This document shows, in pieces, positions 1 to 12,000 of a stretch of 64,000 nt of DNA (its first letter is position 1; every line of letters starts with the position of its first letter). The DNA comes from Eledone cirrhosa (Eukaryota). The notes beneath the pieces were generated by a model. The model ran no database searches, was not told where the DNA came from, and saw only the letters and a program-made list of their open reading frames with translations. Where the stretch lies: positions 177,171 through 241,170 of the forward strand of contig CAXHJY010000442.1 in the NCBI GenBank assembly GCA_964016885.1, read 5' to 3'. The position numbers were made by a program, and so were the translations under genes.

Positions 1-42
1 AATAGTTGTGGCTGTGGAACCAAACCGTGTTAAACGTCAACA

Positions 43-109
43 AAGTCCGCCGGCGAATGGTGTGCTTCGAAGAAAACGAATCCAAAAATGACGATTAGCC
101 GGCGGATTT
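43..109. repeat. Imperfect inverted repeat in each monomer (arms 43-58 and 94-109, 35-nt spacer)
   Basis: 46-58 tccgccggcgaat vs 94-106 attagccggcgga: 12/13 complementary. It extends by G45-T107 wobble, A44-T108 and A43-T109. Confidence 0.9.
65..81 (+). other. CENP-B-box-like 17-mer cttcgaagaaaacgaat (partial match, function unproven)
   Basis: Fits nTTCGnnnnAnnCGGGn at 7 of 9 core positions with exact spacing; the final GG is AA. Identity to CTTCGTTGGAAACGGGA is 11/17. Confidence 0.3.
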
Positions 110-347
110 ACCTTTTCAATCGCGGGCCGGCCGCCCGTGGTCGGATCGATCTGTAATTACTGGTACATGTGCAGACACTCATTGGCTATGTGTGGCGTGA
201 ATTTCAGCAAGATATCTCCGTAAAATCAATAGTTGTGGCTGTGGAACCAAACCGTGTTAAACGTCAACAAAGTCCGCCGGCGAATGGTGTGCTTCGAAGA
301 AAACGAATCCAAAAATGACGATTAGCCGGCGGATTTACCTTTTTAAT

Positions 348-366
348 CGCGGGCCGGCCGCCCGCG
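348..366. other. GC-rich hairpin cgcgggc-cggcc-gcccgcg (monomer positions 121-139), shown for type-B copy 2
   Basis: Perfect 7-bp all-GC stem with a 5-nt loop in type B. Type A has a G122-T138 mismatch. Confidence 0.85.
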
Positions 367-2724
367 GTCGGATCGATCTGTAATTACTGGTACATGTGCA
401 GACACTCATTGGCTATGTGTGGCGTGAATTTCAGCAAGATATCTCCGTAAAATCAATAGTTGTGGCTGTGGAACCAAACCGTGTTAAACGTCAACAAAGT
501 CCGCCGGCGAATGGTGTGCTTCGAAGAAAACGAATCCAAAAATGACGATTAGCCGGCGGATTTACCTTTTCAATCGCGGGCCGGCCGCCCGTGGTCGGAT
601 CGATCTGTAATTACTGGTACATGTGCAGACACTCATTGGCTATGTGTGGCGTGAATTTCAGCAAGATATCTCCGTAAAATCAATAGTTGTGGCTGTGGAA
701 TCAAACCGTGTTAAACGTCAACAAAGTCCGCCGGCGAATGGTGTGCTTCGAAGAAAACGAATCCAAAAATGACGATTAGCCGGCGGATTTACCTTTTCAA
801 TCGCGGGCCGGCCGCCCGTGGTCGGATCGATCTGTAATTACTGGTACATGTGCAGACACTCATTGGCTATGTGTGGCGTGAATTTCAGCAAGATATCTCC
901 GTAAAATCAATAGTTGTGGCTGTGGAACCAAACCGTGTTAAACGTCAACAAAGTCCGCCGGCGAATGGTGTGCTTCGAAGAAAACGAATCCAAAAATGAC
1001 GATTAGCCGGCGGATTTACCTTTTCAATCGCGGGCCGGCCGCCCGTGGTCGGATCGATCTGTAATTACTGGTACATGTGCAGACACTTATTGGCTATGTG
1101 TGGCGTGAATTTCAGCAAGATATCTCCGTAAAATCAATAGTTGTGGCTGTGGAACCAAACCGTGTTAAACGTCAACAAAGTCCGCCGGCGAATGGTGTGC
1201 TTCGAAGAAAACGAATCCAAAAATGACGATTAGCCGGCGGATTTACCTTTTTAATCGCGGGCCGGCCGCCCGCGGTCGGATCGATCTGTAATTACTGGTA
1301 CATGTGCAGACACTCATTGGCTATGTGTGGCGTGAATTTCAGCAAGATATCTCCGTAAAATCAATAGTTGTGGCTGTGGAACCAAACCGTGTTAAACGTC
1401 AACAAAGTCCGCCGGCGAATGGTGTGCTTCGAAGAAAACGAATCCAAAAATGACGATTAGCCGGCGGATTTACCTTTTTAATCGCGGGCCGGCCGCCCGC
1501 GGTCGGATCGATCTGTAATTACTGGTACATGTGCAGACACTCATTGGCTATGTGTGGCGTGAATTTCAGCAAGATATCTCCGTAAAATCAATAGTTGTGG
1601 CTGTGGAACCAAACCGTGTTAAACGTCAACAAAGTCCGCCGGCGAATGGTGTGCTTCGAAGAAAACGAATCCAAAAATGACGATTAGCCGGCGGATTTAC
1701 CTTTTCAATCGCGGGCCGGCCGCCCGTGGTCGGATCGATCTGTAATTACTGGTACATGTGCAGACACTCATTGGCTATGTGTGGCGTGAATTTCAGCAAG
1801 ATATCTCCGTAAAGTCAATAGTTGTGGCTGTGGAACCAAACCGTGTTAAACGTCAACAAAGTCCGCCGGCGAATGGTGTGCTTCGAAGAAAACGAATCCA
1901 AAAATGACGATTAGCCGGCGGATTTACCTTTTCAATCGCGGGCCGGCCGCCCGTGGTCGGATCGATCTGTAATTACTGGTACATGTGCAGACACTTATTG
2001 GCTATGTGTGGCGTGAATTTCAGCAAGATATCTCCGTAAAATCAATAGTTGTGGCTGTGGAACCAAACCGTGTTAAACGTCAACAAAGTCCGCCGGCGAA
2101 TGGTGTGCTTCGAAGAAAACTAATCCAAAAATGACGATTAGCCGGCGGATTTACCTTTTCAATCGCGGGCCGGCCGCCCGTGGTCGGATCGATCTGTAAT
2201 TACTGGTACATGTGCAGACACTCATTGGCTATGTGTGGCGTGAATTTCAGCAAGATATCTCCGTAAAATCAATAGTTGTGGCTGTGGAACCAAACCGTGT
2301 TAAACGTCAACAAAGTCCGCCGGCGAATGGTGTGCTTCGAAGAAAACGAATCCAAAAATGACGATTAGCCGGCGGATTTACCTTTTCAATCGCGGGCCGG
2401 CCGCCCGTGGTCGGATCGATCTGTAATTACTGGTACATGTGCAGACACTCATTGGCTATGTGTGGCGTGAATTTCAGCAAGATATCTCCGTAAAATCAAT
2501 AGTTGTGGCTGTGGAACCAAACCGTGTTAAACGTCAACAAAGTCCGCCGGCGAATGGTGTGCTTCGAAGAAAACGAATCCAAAAATGACGATTAGCCGGC
2601 GGATTTACCTTTTTAATCGCGGGCCGGCCGCCCGCGGTCGGATCGATCTGTAATTACTGGTACATGTGCAGACACTCATTGGCTATGTGTGGCGTGAATT
2701 TCAGCAAGATATCTCCGTAAAATC

Positions 2725-5700
2725 AATAGTTGTGGCTGTGGAACCAAACCGTGTTAAACGTCAACAAAGTCCGCCGGCGAATGGTGTGCTTCGAAGAAAA
2801 CGAATCCAAAAATGACGATTAGCCGGCGGATTTACCTTTTCAATCGCGGGCCGGCCGCCCGTGGTCGGATCGATCTGTAATTACTGGTACATGTGCAGAC
2901 ACTCATTGGCTATGTGTGGCGTGAATTTCAGCAAGATATCTCCGTAAAATCAATAGTTGTGGCTGTGGAACCAAACCGTGTTAAACGTCAACAAAGTCCG
3001 CCGGCGAATGGTGTGCTTCGAAGAAAACGAATCCAAAAATGACGATTAGCCGGCGGATTTACCTTTTTAATCGCGGGCCGGCCGCCCGCGGTCGGATCGA
3101 TCTGTAATTACTGGTACATGTGCAGACACTCATTGGCTATGTGTGGCGTGAATTTCAGCAAGATATCTCCGTAAAATCAATAGTTGTGGCTGTGGAACCA
3201 AACCGTGTTAAACGTCAACAAAGTCCGCCGGCGAATGGTGTGCTTCGAAGAAAACGAATCCAAAAATGACGATTAGCCGGCGGATTTACCTTTTTAATCG
3301 CGGGCCGGCCGCCCGCGGTCGGATCGATCTGTAATTACTGGTACATGTGCAGACACTCATTGGCTATGTGTGGCGTGAATTTCAGCAAGATATCTCCGTA
3401 AAATCAATAGTTGTGGCTGTGGAACCAAACCGTGTTAAACGTCAACAAAGTCCGCCGGCGAATGGTGTGCTTCGAAGAAAACGAATCCAAAAATGACGAT
3501 TAGCCGGCGGATTTACCTTTTCAATCGCGGGCCGGCCGCCCGTGGTCGGATCGATCTGTAATTACTGGTACATGTGCAGACACTCATTGGCTATGTGTGG
3601 CGTGAATTTCAGCAAGATATCTCCGTAAAATCAATAGTTGTGGCTGTGGAATCAAACCGTGTTAAACGTCAACAAAGTCCGCCGGCGAATGGTGTGCTTC
3701 GAAGAAAACGAATCCAAAAATGACGATTAGCCGGCGGATTTACCTTTTCAATCGCGGGCCGGCCGCCCGTGGTCGGATCGATCTGTAATTACTGGTACAT
3801 GTGCAGACACTCATTGGCTATGTGTGGCGTGAATTTCAGCAAGATATCTCCGTAAAATCAATAGTTGTGGCTGTGGAACCAAACCGTGTTAAACGTCAAC
3901 AAAGTCCGCCGGCGAATGGTGTGCTTCGAAGAAAACGAATCCAAAAATGACGATTAGCCGGCGGATTTACCTTTTCAATCGCGGGCCGGCCGCCCGTGGT
4001 CGGATCGATCTGTAATTACTGGTACATGTGCAGACACTTATTGGCTATGTGTGGCGTGAATTTCAGCAAGATATCTCCGTAAAATCAATAGTTGTGGCTG
4101 TGGAACCAAACCGTGTTAAACGTCAACAAAGTCCGCCGGCGAATGGTGTGCTTCGAAGAAAACGAATCCAAAAACGACGATTAGCCGGCGGATTTACCTT
4201 TTTAATCGCGGGCCGGCCGCCCGCGGTCGGATCGATCTGTAATTACTGGTACATGTGCAGATACTCATTGGCTATGTGTGGCGTGAATTTCAGCAAGATA
4301 TCTCCGTAAAATCAATAGTTGTGGCTGTGGAACCAAACCGTGTTAAACGTCAACAAAGTCCGCCGGCGAATGGTGTGCTTCGAAGAAAACGAATCCAAAA
4401 ATGACGATTAGCCGGCGGATTTACCTTTTTAATCGCGGGCCGGCCGCCCGCGGTCGGATCGATCTGTAATTACTGGTACATGTGCAGACACTCATTGGCT
4501 ATGTGTGGCGTGAATTTCAGCAAGATATCTCCGTAAAATCAATAGTTGTGGCTGTGGAACCAAACCGTGTTAAACGTCAACAAAGTCCGCCGGCGAATGG
4601 TGTGCTTCGAAGAAAACGAATCCAAAAATGACGATTAGCCGGCGGATTTACCTTTTTAATCGCGGGCCGGCCGCCCGCGGTCGGATCGATCTGTAATTAC
4701 TGGTACATGTGCAGACACTCATTGGCTATGTGTGGCGTGAATTTCAGCAAGATATCTCCGTAAAATCAATAGTTGTGGCTGTGGAACCAAACCGTGTTAA
4801 ACGTCAACAAAGTCCGCCGGCGAATGGTGTGCTTCGAAGAAAACGAATCCAAAAATGACGATTAGCCGGCGGATTTACCTTTTCAATCGCGGGCCGGCCG
4901 CCCGTGGTCGGATCGATCTGTAATTACTGGTACATGTGCAGACACTCATTGGCTATGTGTGGCGTGAATTTCAGCAAGATATCTCCGTAAAATCAATAGT
5001 TGTGGCTGTGGAACCAAACCGTGTTAAACGTCAACAAAGTCCGCCGGCGAATGGTGTGCTTCGAAGAAAACGAATCCAAAAATGACGATTAGCCGGCGGA
5101 TTTACCTTTTTAATCGCGGGCCGGCCGCCCGCGGTCGGATCGATCTGTAATTACTGGTACATGTGCAGACACTCATTGGCTATGTGTGGCGTGAATTTCA
5201 GCAAGATATCTCCGTAAAATCAATAGTTGTGGCTGTGGAACCAAACCGTGTTAAACGTCAACAAAGTCCGCCGGCGAATGGTGTGCTTCGAAGAAAACGA
5301 ATCCAAAAATGACGATTAGCCGGCGGATTTACCTTTTTAATCGCGGGCCGGCCGCCCGCGGTCGGATCGATCTGTAATTACTGGTACATGTGCAGACACT
5401 CATTGGCTATGTGTGGCGTGAATTTCAGCAAGATATCTCCGTAAAATCAATAGTTGTGGCTGTGGAACCAAACCGTGTTAAACGTCAACAAAGTCCGCCG
5501 GCGAATGGTGTGCTTCGAAGAAAACGAATCCAAAAATGACGATTAGCCGGCGGATTTACCTTTTCAATCGCGGGCCGGCCGCCCGTGGTCGGATCGATCT
5601 GTAATTACTGGTACATGTGCAGACACTCATTGGCTATGTGTGGCGTGAATTTCAGCAAGATATCTCCGTAAAATCAATAGTTGTGGCTGTGGAATCAAAC

Positions 5701-8700
5701 CGTGTTAAACGTCAACAAAGTCCGCCGGCGAATGGTGTGCTTCGAAGAAAACGAATCCAAAAATGACGATTAGCCGGCGGATTTACCTTTTCAATCGCGG
5801 GCCGGCCGCCCGTGGTCGGATCGATCTGTAATTACTGGTACATGTGCAGACACTCATTGGCTATGTGTGGCGTGAATTTCAGCAAGATATCTCCGTAAAA
5901 TCAATAGTTGTGGCTGTGGAACCAAACCGTGTTAAACGTCAACAAAGTCCGCCGGCGAATGGTGTGCTTCGAAGAAAACGAATCCAAAAATGACGATTAG
6001 CCGGCGGATTTACCTTTTCAATCGCGGGCCGGCCGCCCGTGGTCGGATCGATCTGTAATTACTGGTACATGTGCAGACACTTATTGGCTATGTGTGGCGT
6101 GAATTTCAGCAAGATATCTCCGTAAAATCAATAGTTGTGGCTGTGGAACCAAACCGTGTTAAACGTCAACAAAGTCCGCCGGCGAATGGTGTGCTTCGAA
6201 GAAAACGAATCCAAAAACGACGATTAGCCGGCGGATTTACCTTTTTAATCGCGGGCCGGCCGCCCGCGGTCGGATCGATCTGTAATTACTGGTACATGTG
6301 CAGATACTCATTGGCTATGTGTGGCGTGAATTTCAGCAAGATATCTCCGTAAAATCAATAGTTGTGGCTGTGGAACCAAACCGTGTTAAACGTCAACAAA
6401 GTCCGCCGGCGAATGGTGTGCTTCGAAGAAAACGAATCCAAAAATGACGATTAGCCGGCGGATTTACCTTTTTAATCGCGGGCCGGCCGCCCGCGGTCGG
6501 ATCGATCTGTAATTACTGGTACATGTGCAGACACTCATTGGCTATGTGTGGCGTGAATTTCAGCAAGATATCTCCGTAAAATCAATAGTTGTGGCTGTGG
6601 AACCAAACCGTGTTAAACGTCAACAAAGTCCGCCGGCGAATGGTGTGCTTCGAAGAAAACGAATCCAAAAATGACGATTAGCCGGCGGATTTACCTTTTT
6701 AATCGCGGGCCGGCCGCCCGCGGTCGGATCGATCTGTAATTACTGGTACATGTGCAGACACTCATTGGCTATGTGTGGCGTGAATTTCAGCAAGATATCT
6801 CCGTAAAATCAATAGTTGTGGCTGTGGAACCAAACCGTGTTAAACGTCAACAAAGTCCGCCGGCGAATGGTGTGCTTCGAAGAAAACGAATCCAAAAATG
6901 ACGATTAGCCGGCGGATTTACCTTTTCAATCGCGGGCCGGCCGCCCGTGGTCGGATCGATCTGTAATTACTGGTACATGTGCAGACACTCATTGGCTATG
7001 TGTGGCGTGAATTTCAGCAAGATATCTCCGTAAAATCAATAGTTGTGGCTGTGGAACCAAACCGTGTTAAACGTCAACAAAGTCCGCCGGCGAATGGTGT
7101 GCTTCGAAGAAAACGAATCCAAAAATGACGATTAGCCGGCGGATTTACCTTTTCAATCGCGGGCCGGCCGCCCGTGGTCGGATCGATCTGTAATTACTGG
7201 TACATGTGCAGACACTCATTGGCTATGTGTGGCGTGAATTTCAGCAAGATATCTCCGTAAAATCAATAGTTGTGGCTGTGGAATCAAACCGTGTTAAACG
7301 TCAACAAAGTCCGCCGGCGAATGGTGTGCTTCGAAGAAAACGAATCCAAAAATGACGATTAGCCGGCGGATTTACCTTTTCAATCGCGGGCCGGCCGCCC
7401 GTGGTCGGATCGATCTGTAATTACTGGTACATGTGCAGACACTCATTGGCTATGTGTGGCGTGAATTTCAGCAAGATATCTCCGTAAAATCAATAGTTGT
7501 GGCTGTGGAACCAAACCGTGTTAAACGTCAACAAAGTCCGCCGGCGAATGGTGTGCTTCGAAGAAAACGAATCCAAAAATGACGATTAGCCGGCGGATTT
7601 ACCTTTTCAATCGCGGGCCGGCCGCCCGTGGTCGGATCGATCTGTAATTACTGGTACATGTGCAGACACTTATTGGCTATGTGTGGCGTGAATTTCAGCA
7701 AGATATCTCCGTAAAATCAATAGTTGTGGCTGTGGAACCAAACCGTGTTAAACGTCAACAAAGTCCGCCGGCGAATGGTGTGCTTCGAAGAAAACGAATC
7801 CAAAAACGACGATTAGCCGGCGGATTTACCTTTTTAATCGCGGGCCGGCCGCCCGCGGTCGGATCGATCTGTAATTACTGGTACATGTGCAGATACTCAT
7901 TGGCTATGTGTGGCGTGAATTTCAGCAAGATATCTCCGTAAAATCAATAGTTGTGGCTGTGGAACCAAACCGTGTTAAACGTCAACAAAGTCCGCCGGCG
8001 AATGGTGTGCTTCGAAGAAAACGAATCCAAAAATGACGATTAGCCGGCGGATTTACCTTTTTAATCGCGGGCCGGCCGCCCGCGGTCGGATCGATCTGTA
8101 ATTACTGGTACATGTGCAGACACTCATTGGCTATGTGTGGCGTGAATTTCAGCAAGATATCTCCGTAAAATCAATAGTTGTGGCTGTGGAACCAAACCGT
8201 GTTAAACGTCAACAAAGTCCGCCGGCGAATGGTGTGCTTCGAAGAAAACGAATCCAAAAATGACGATTAGCCGGCGGATTTACCTTTTTAATCGCGGGCC
8301 GGCCGCCCGCGGTCGGATCGATCTGTAATTACTGGTACATGTGCAGACACTCATTGGCTATGTGTGGCGTGAATTTCAGCAAGATATCTCCGTAAAATCA
8401 ATAGTTGTGGCTGTGGAACCAAACCGTGTTAAACGTCAACAAAGTCCGCCGGCGAATGGTGTGCTTCGAAGAAAACGAATCCAAAAATGACGATTAGCCG
8501 GCGGATTTACCTTTTCAATCGCGGGCCGGCCGCCCGTGGTCGGATCGATCTGTAATTACTGGTACATGTGCAGACACTCATTGGCTATGTGTGGCGTGAA
8601 TTTCAGCAAGATATCTCCGTAAAATCAATAGTTGTGGCTGTGGAACCAAACCGTGTTAAACGTCAACAAAGTCCGCCGGCGAATGGTGTGCTTCGAAGAA

Positions 8701-9080
8701 AACGAATCCAAAAATGACGATTAGCCGGCGGATTTACCTTTTTAATCGCGGGCCGGCCGCCCGCGGTCGGATCGATCTGTAATTACTGGTACATGTGCAG
8801 ACACTCATTGGCTATGTGTGGCGTGAATTTCAGCAAGATATCTCCGTAAAATCAATAGTTGTGGCTGTGGAACCAAACCGTGTTAAACGTCAACAAAGTC
8901 CGCCGGCGAATGGTGTGCTTCGAAGAAAACGAATCCAAAAATGACGATTAGCCGGCGGATTTACCTTTTTAATCGCGGGCCGGCCGCCCGCGGTCGGATC
9001 GATCTGTAATTACTGGTACATGTGCAGACACTCATTGGCTATGTGTGGCGTGAATTTCAGCAAGATATCTCCGTAAAATC
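2725..9080. repeat. Local higher-order repeat: two 9-mer copies (2043 bp) followed by a shortened 7-mer copy
   Basis: C20T at 3652, 5695, 7284 and T89C at 4175, 6218, 7807. Spacings are 2043 (9 x 227) then 1589 (7 x 227). Confidence 0.9.
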
Positions 9081-12000
9081 AATAGTTGTGGCTGTGGAAC
9101 CAAACCGTGTTAAACGTCAACAAAGTCCGCCGGCGAATGGTGTGCTTCGAAGAAAACGAATCCAAAAATGACGATTAGCCGGCGGATTTACCTTTTCAAT
9201 CGCGGGCCGGCCGCCCGTGGTCGGATCGATCTGTAATTACTGGTACATGTGCAGACACTTATTGGCTATGTGTGGCGTGAATTTCAGCAAGATATCTCCG
9301 TAAAATCAATAGTTGTGGCTGTGGAACCAAACCGTGTTAAACGTCAACAAAGTCCGCCGGCGAATGGTGTGCTTCGAAGAAAACGAATCCAAAAATGACG
9401 ATTAGCCGGCGGATTTACCTTTTTAATCGCGGGCCGGCCGCCCGCGGTCGGATCGATCTGTAATTACTGGTACATGTGCAGATACTCATTGGCTATGTGT
9501 GGCGTGAATTTCAGCAAGATATCTCCGTAAAATCAATAGTTGTGGCTGTGGAACCAAACCGTGTTAAACGTCAACAAAGTCCGCCGGCGAATGGTGTGCT
9601 TCGAAGAAAACGAATCCAAAAATGACGATTAGCCGGCGGATTTACCTTTTTAATCGCGGGCCGGCCGCCCGCGGTCGGATCGATCTGTAATTACTGGTAC
9701 ATGTGCAGACACTCATTGGCTATGTGTGGCGTGAATTTCAGCAAGATATCTCCGTAAAATCAATAGTTGTGGCTGTGGAACCAAACCGTGTTAAACGTCA
9801 ACAAAGTCCGCCGGCGAATGGTGTGCTTCGAAGAAAACGAATCCAAAAATGACGATTAGCCGGCGGATTTACCTTTTTAATCGCGGGCCGGCCGCCCGCG
9901 GTCGGATCGATCTGTAATTACTGGTACATGTGCAGACACTCATTGGCTATGTGTGGCGTGAATTTCAGCAAGATATCTCCGTAAAATCAATAGTTGTGGC
10001 TGTGGAACCAAACCGTGTTAAACGTCAACAAAGTCCGCCGGCGAATGGTGTGCTTCGAAGAAAACGAATCCAAAAATGACGATTAGCCGGCGGATTTACC
10101 TTTTCAATCGCGGGCCGGCCGCCCGTGGTCGGATCGATCTGTAATTACTGGTACATGTGCAGACACTTATTGGCTATGTGTGGCGTGAATTTCAGCAAGA
10201 TATCTCCGTAAAATCAATAGTTGTGGCTGTGGAACCAAACCGTGTTAAACGTCAACAAAGTCCGCCGGCGAATGGTGTGCTTCGAAGAAAACGAATCCAA
10301 AAATGACGATTAGCCGGCGGATTTACCTTTTTAATCGCGGGCCGGCCGCCCGCGGTCGGATCGATCTGTAATTACTGGTACATGTGCAGACACTCATTGG
10401 CTATGTGTGGCGTGAATTTCAGCAAGATATCTCCGTAAAATCAATAGTTGTGGCTGTGGAACCAAACCGTGTTAAACGTCAACAAAGTCCGCCGGCGAAT
10501 GGTGTGCTTCGAAGAAAACGAATCCAAAAATGACGATTAGCCGGCGGATTTACCTTTTTAATCGCGGGCCGGCCGCCCGCGGTCGGATCGATCTGTAATT
10601 ACTGGTACATGTGCAGACACTCATTGGCTATGTGTGGCGTGAATTTCAGCAAGATATCTCCGTAAAATCAATAGTTGTGGCTGTGGAACCAAACCGTGTT
10701 AAACGTCAACAAAGTCCGCCGGCGAATGGTGTGCTTCGAAGAAAACGAATCCAAAAATGACGATTAGCCGGCGGATTTACCTTTTTAATCGCGGGCCGGC
10801 CGCCCGCGGTCGGATCGATCTGTAATTACTGGTACATGTGCAGACACTCATTGGCTATGTGTGGCGTGAATTTCAGCAAGATATCTCCGTAAAATCAATA
10901 GTTGTGGCTGTGGAACCAAACCGTGTTAAACGTCAACAAAGTCCGCCGGCGAATGGTGTGCTTCGAAGAAAACGAATCCAAAAATGACGATTAGCCGGCG
11001 GATTTACCTTTTCAATCGCGGGCCGGCCGCCCGTGGTCGGATCGATCTGTAATTACTGGTACATGTGCAGACACTTATTGGCTATGTGTGGCGTGAATTT
11101 CAGCAAGATATCTCCGTAAAATCAATAGTTGTGGCTGTGGAACCAAACCGTGTTAAACGTCAACAAAGTCCGCCGGCGAATGGTGTGCTTCGAAGAAAAC
11201 GAATCCAAAAATGACGATTAGCCGGCGGATTTACCTTTTTAATCGCGGGCCGGCCGCCCGCGGTCGGATCGATCTGTAATTACTGGTACATGTGCAGATA
11301 CTCATTGGCTATGTGTGGCGTGAATTTCAGCAAGATATCTCCGTAAAATCAATAGTTGTGGCTGTGGAACCAAACCGTGTTAAACGTCAACAAAGTCCGC
11401 CGGCGAATGGTGTGCTTCGAAGAAAACGAATCCAAAAATGACGATTAGCCGGCGGATTTACCTTTTTAATCGCGGGCCGGCCGCCCGCGGTCGGATCGAT
11501 CTGTAATTACTGGTACATGTGCAGACACTCATTGGCTATGTGTGGCGTGAATTTCAGCAAGATATCTCCGTAAAATCAATAGTTGTGGCTGTGGAACCAA
11601 ACCGTGTTAAACGTCAACAAAGTCCGCCGGCGAATGGTGTGCTTCGAAGAAAACGAATCCAAAAATGACGATTAGCCGGCGGATTTACCTTTTTAATCGC
11701 GGGCCGGCCGCCCGCGGTCGGATCGATCTGTAATTACTGGTACATGTGCAGACACTCATTGGCTATGTGTGGCGTGAATTTCAGCAAGATATCTCCGTAA
11801 AATCAATAGTTGTGGCTGTGGAACCAAACCGTGTTAAACGTCAACAAAGTCCGCCGGCGAATGGTGTGCTTCGAAGAAAACGAATCCAAAAATGACGATT
11901 AGCCGGCGGATTTACCTTTTCAATCGCGGGCCGGCCGCCCGTGGTCGGATCGATCTGTAATTACTGGTACATGTGCAGACACTTATTGGCTATGTGTGGC

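Larger units (their letters stand above)
1..227. repeat. Reference monomer (type A: C117/T138); 110/227 G+C; 19 CpG (20 in type B)
   Basis: Direct reading and hand count of copy 1. The monomer start is arbitrary (window start). Confidence 0.97.

Noticed and set aside
111-141. Rho-independent terminator at the GC hairpin
   Set aside because: The T-run precedes the hairpin on the + strand and reads as an A-run after it on the - strand. There is also no gene context.
7-199. Internal TGTGG subrepeats (7-11, 13-17, 191-195) as a telomeric or ancestral short unit
   Set aside because: Too short and too few to support a sub-period, and they do not form a telomere-like tandem.
1-227. Hammerhead-ribozyme satellite, retrozyme or viroid-like concatemer
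   Set aside because: The size and hairpins are suggestive, but no CUGANGA...GAAA core with flanking stems was found on either strand. The closest are aTGACGA at 88-94 and minus-strand CTGAAAT. An Infernal/Rfam scan of a dimer would be decisive.
1-227. 5S rRNA, tRNA, snRNA or spliced-leader tandem gene unit
   Set aside because: No recognisable conserved sequence, cloverleaf or internal promoter boxes by eye. Not excluded without an Rfam search.
4028-7941. Three identical 93-aa ORFs (4028-4309, 6071-6352, 7660-7941)
   Set aside because: They exist only because T89C converts TGA to CGA in three duplicated monomers. They start at GTG, show no recognisable domain, and 227 is not a multiple of 3, so the frame cannot continue.
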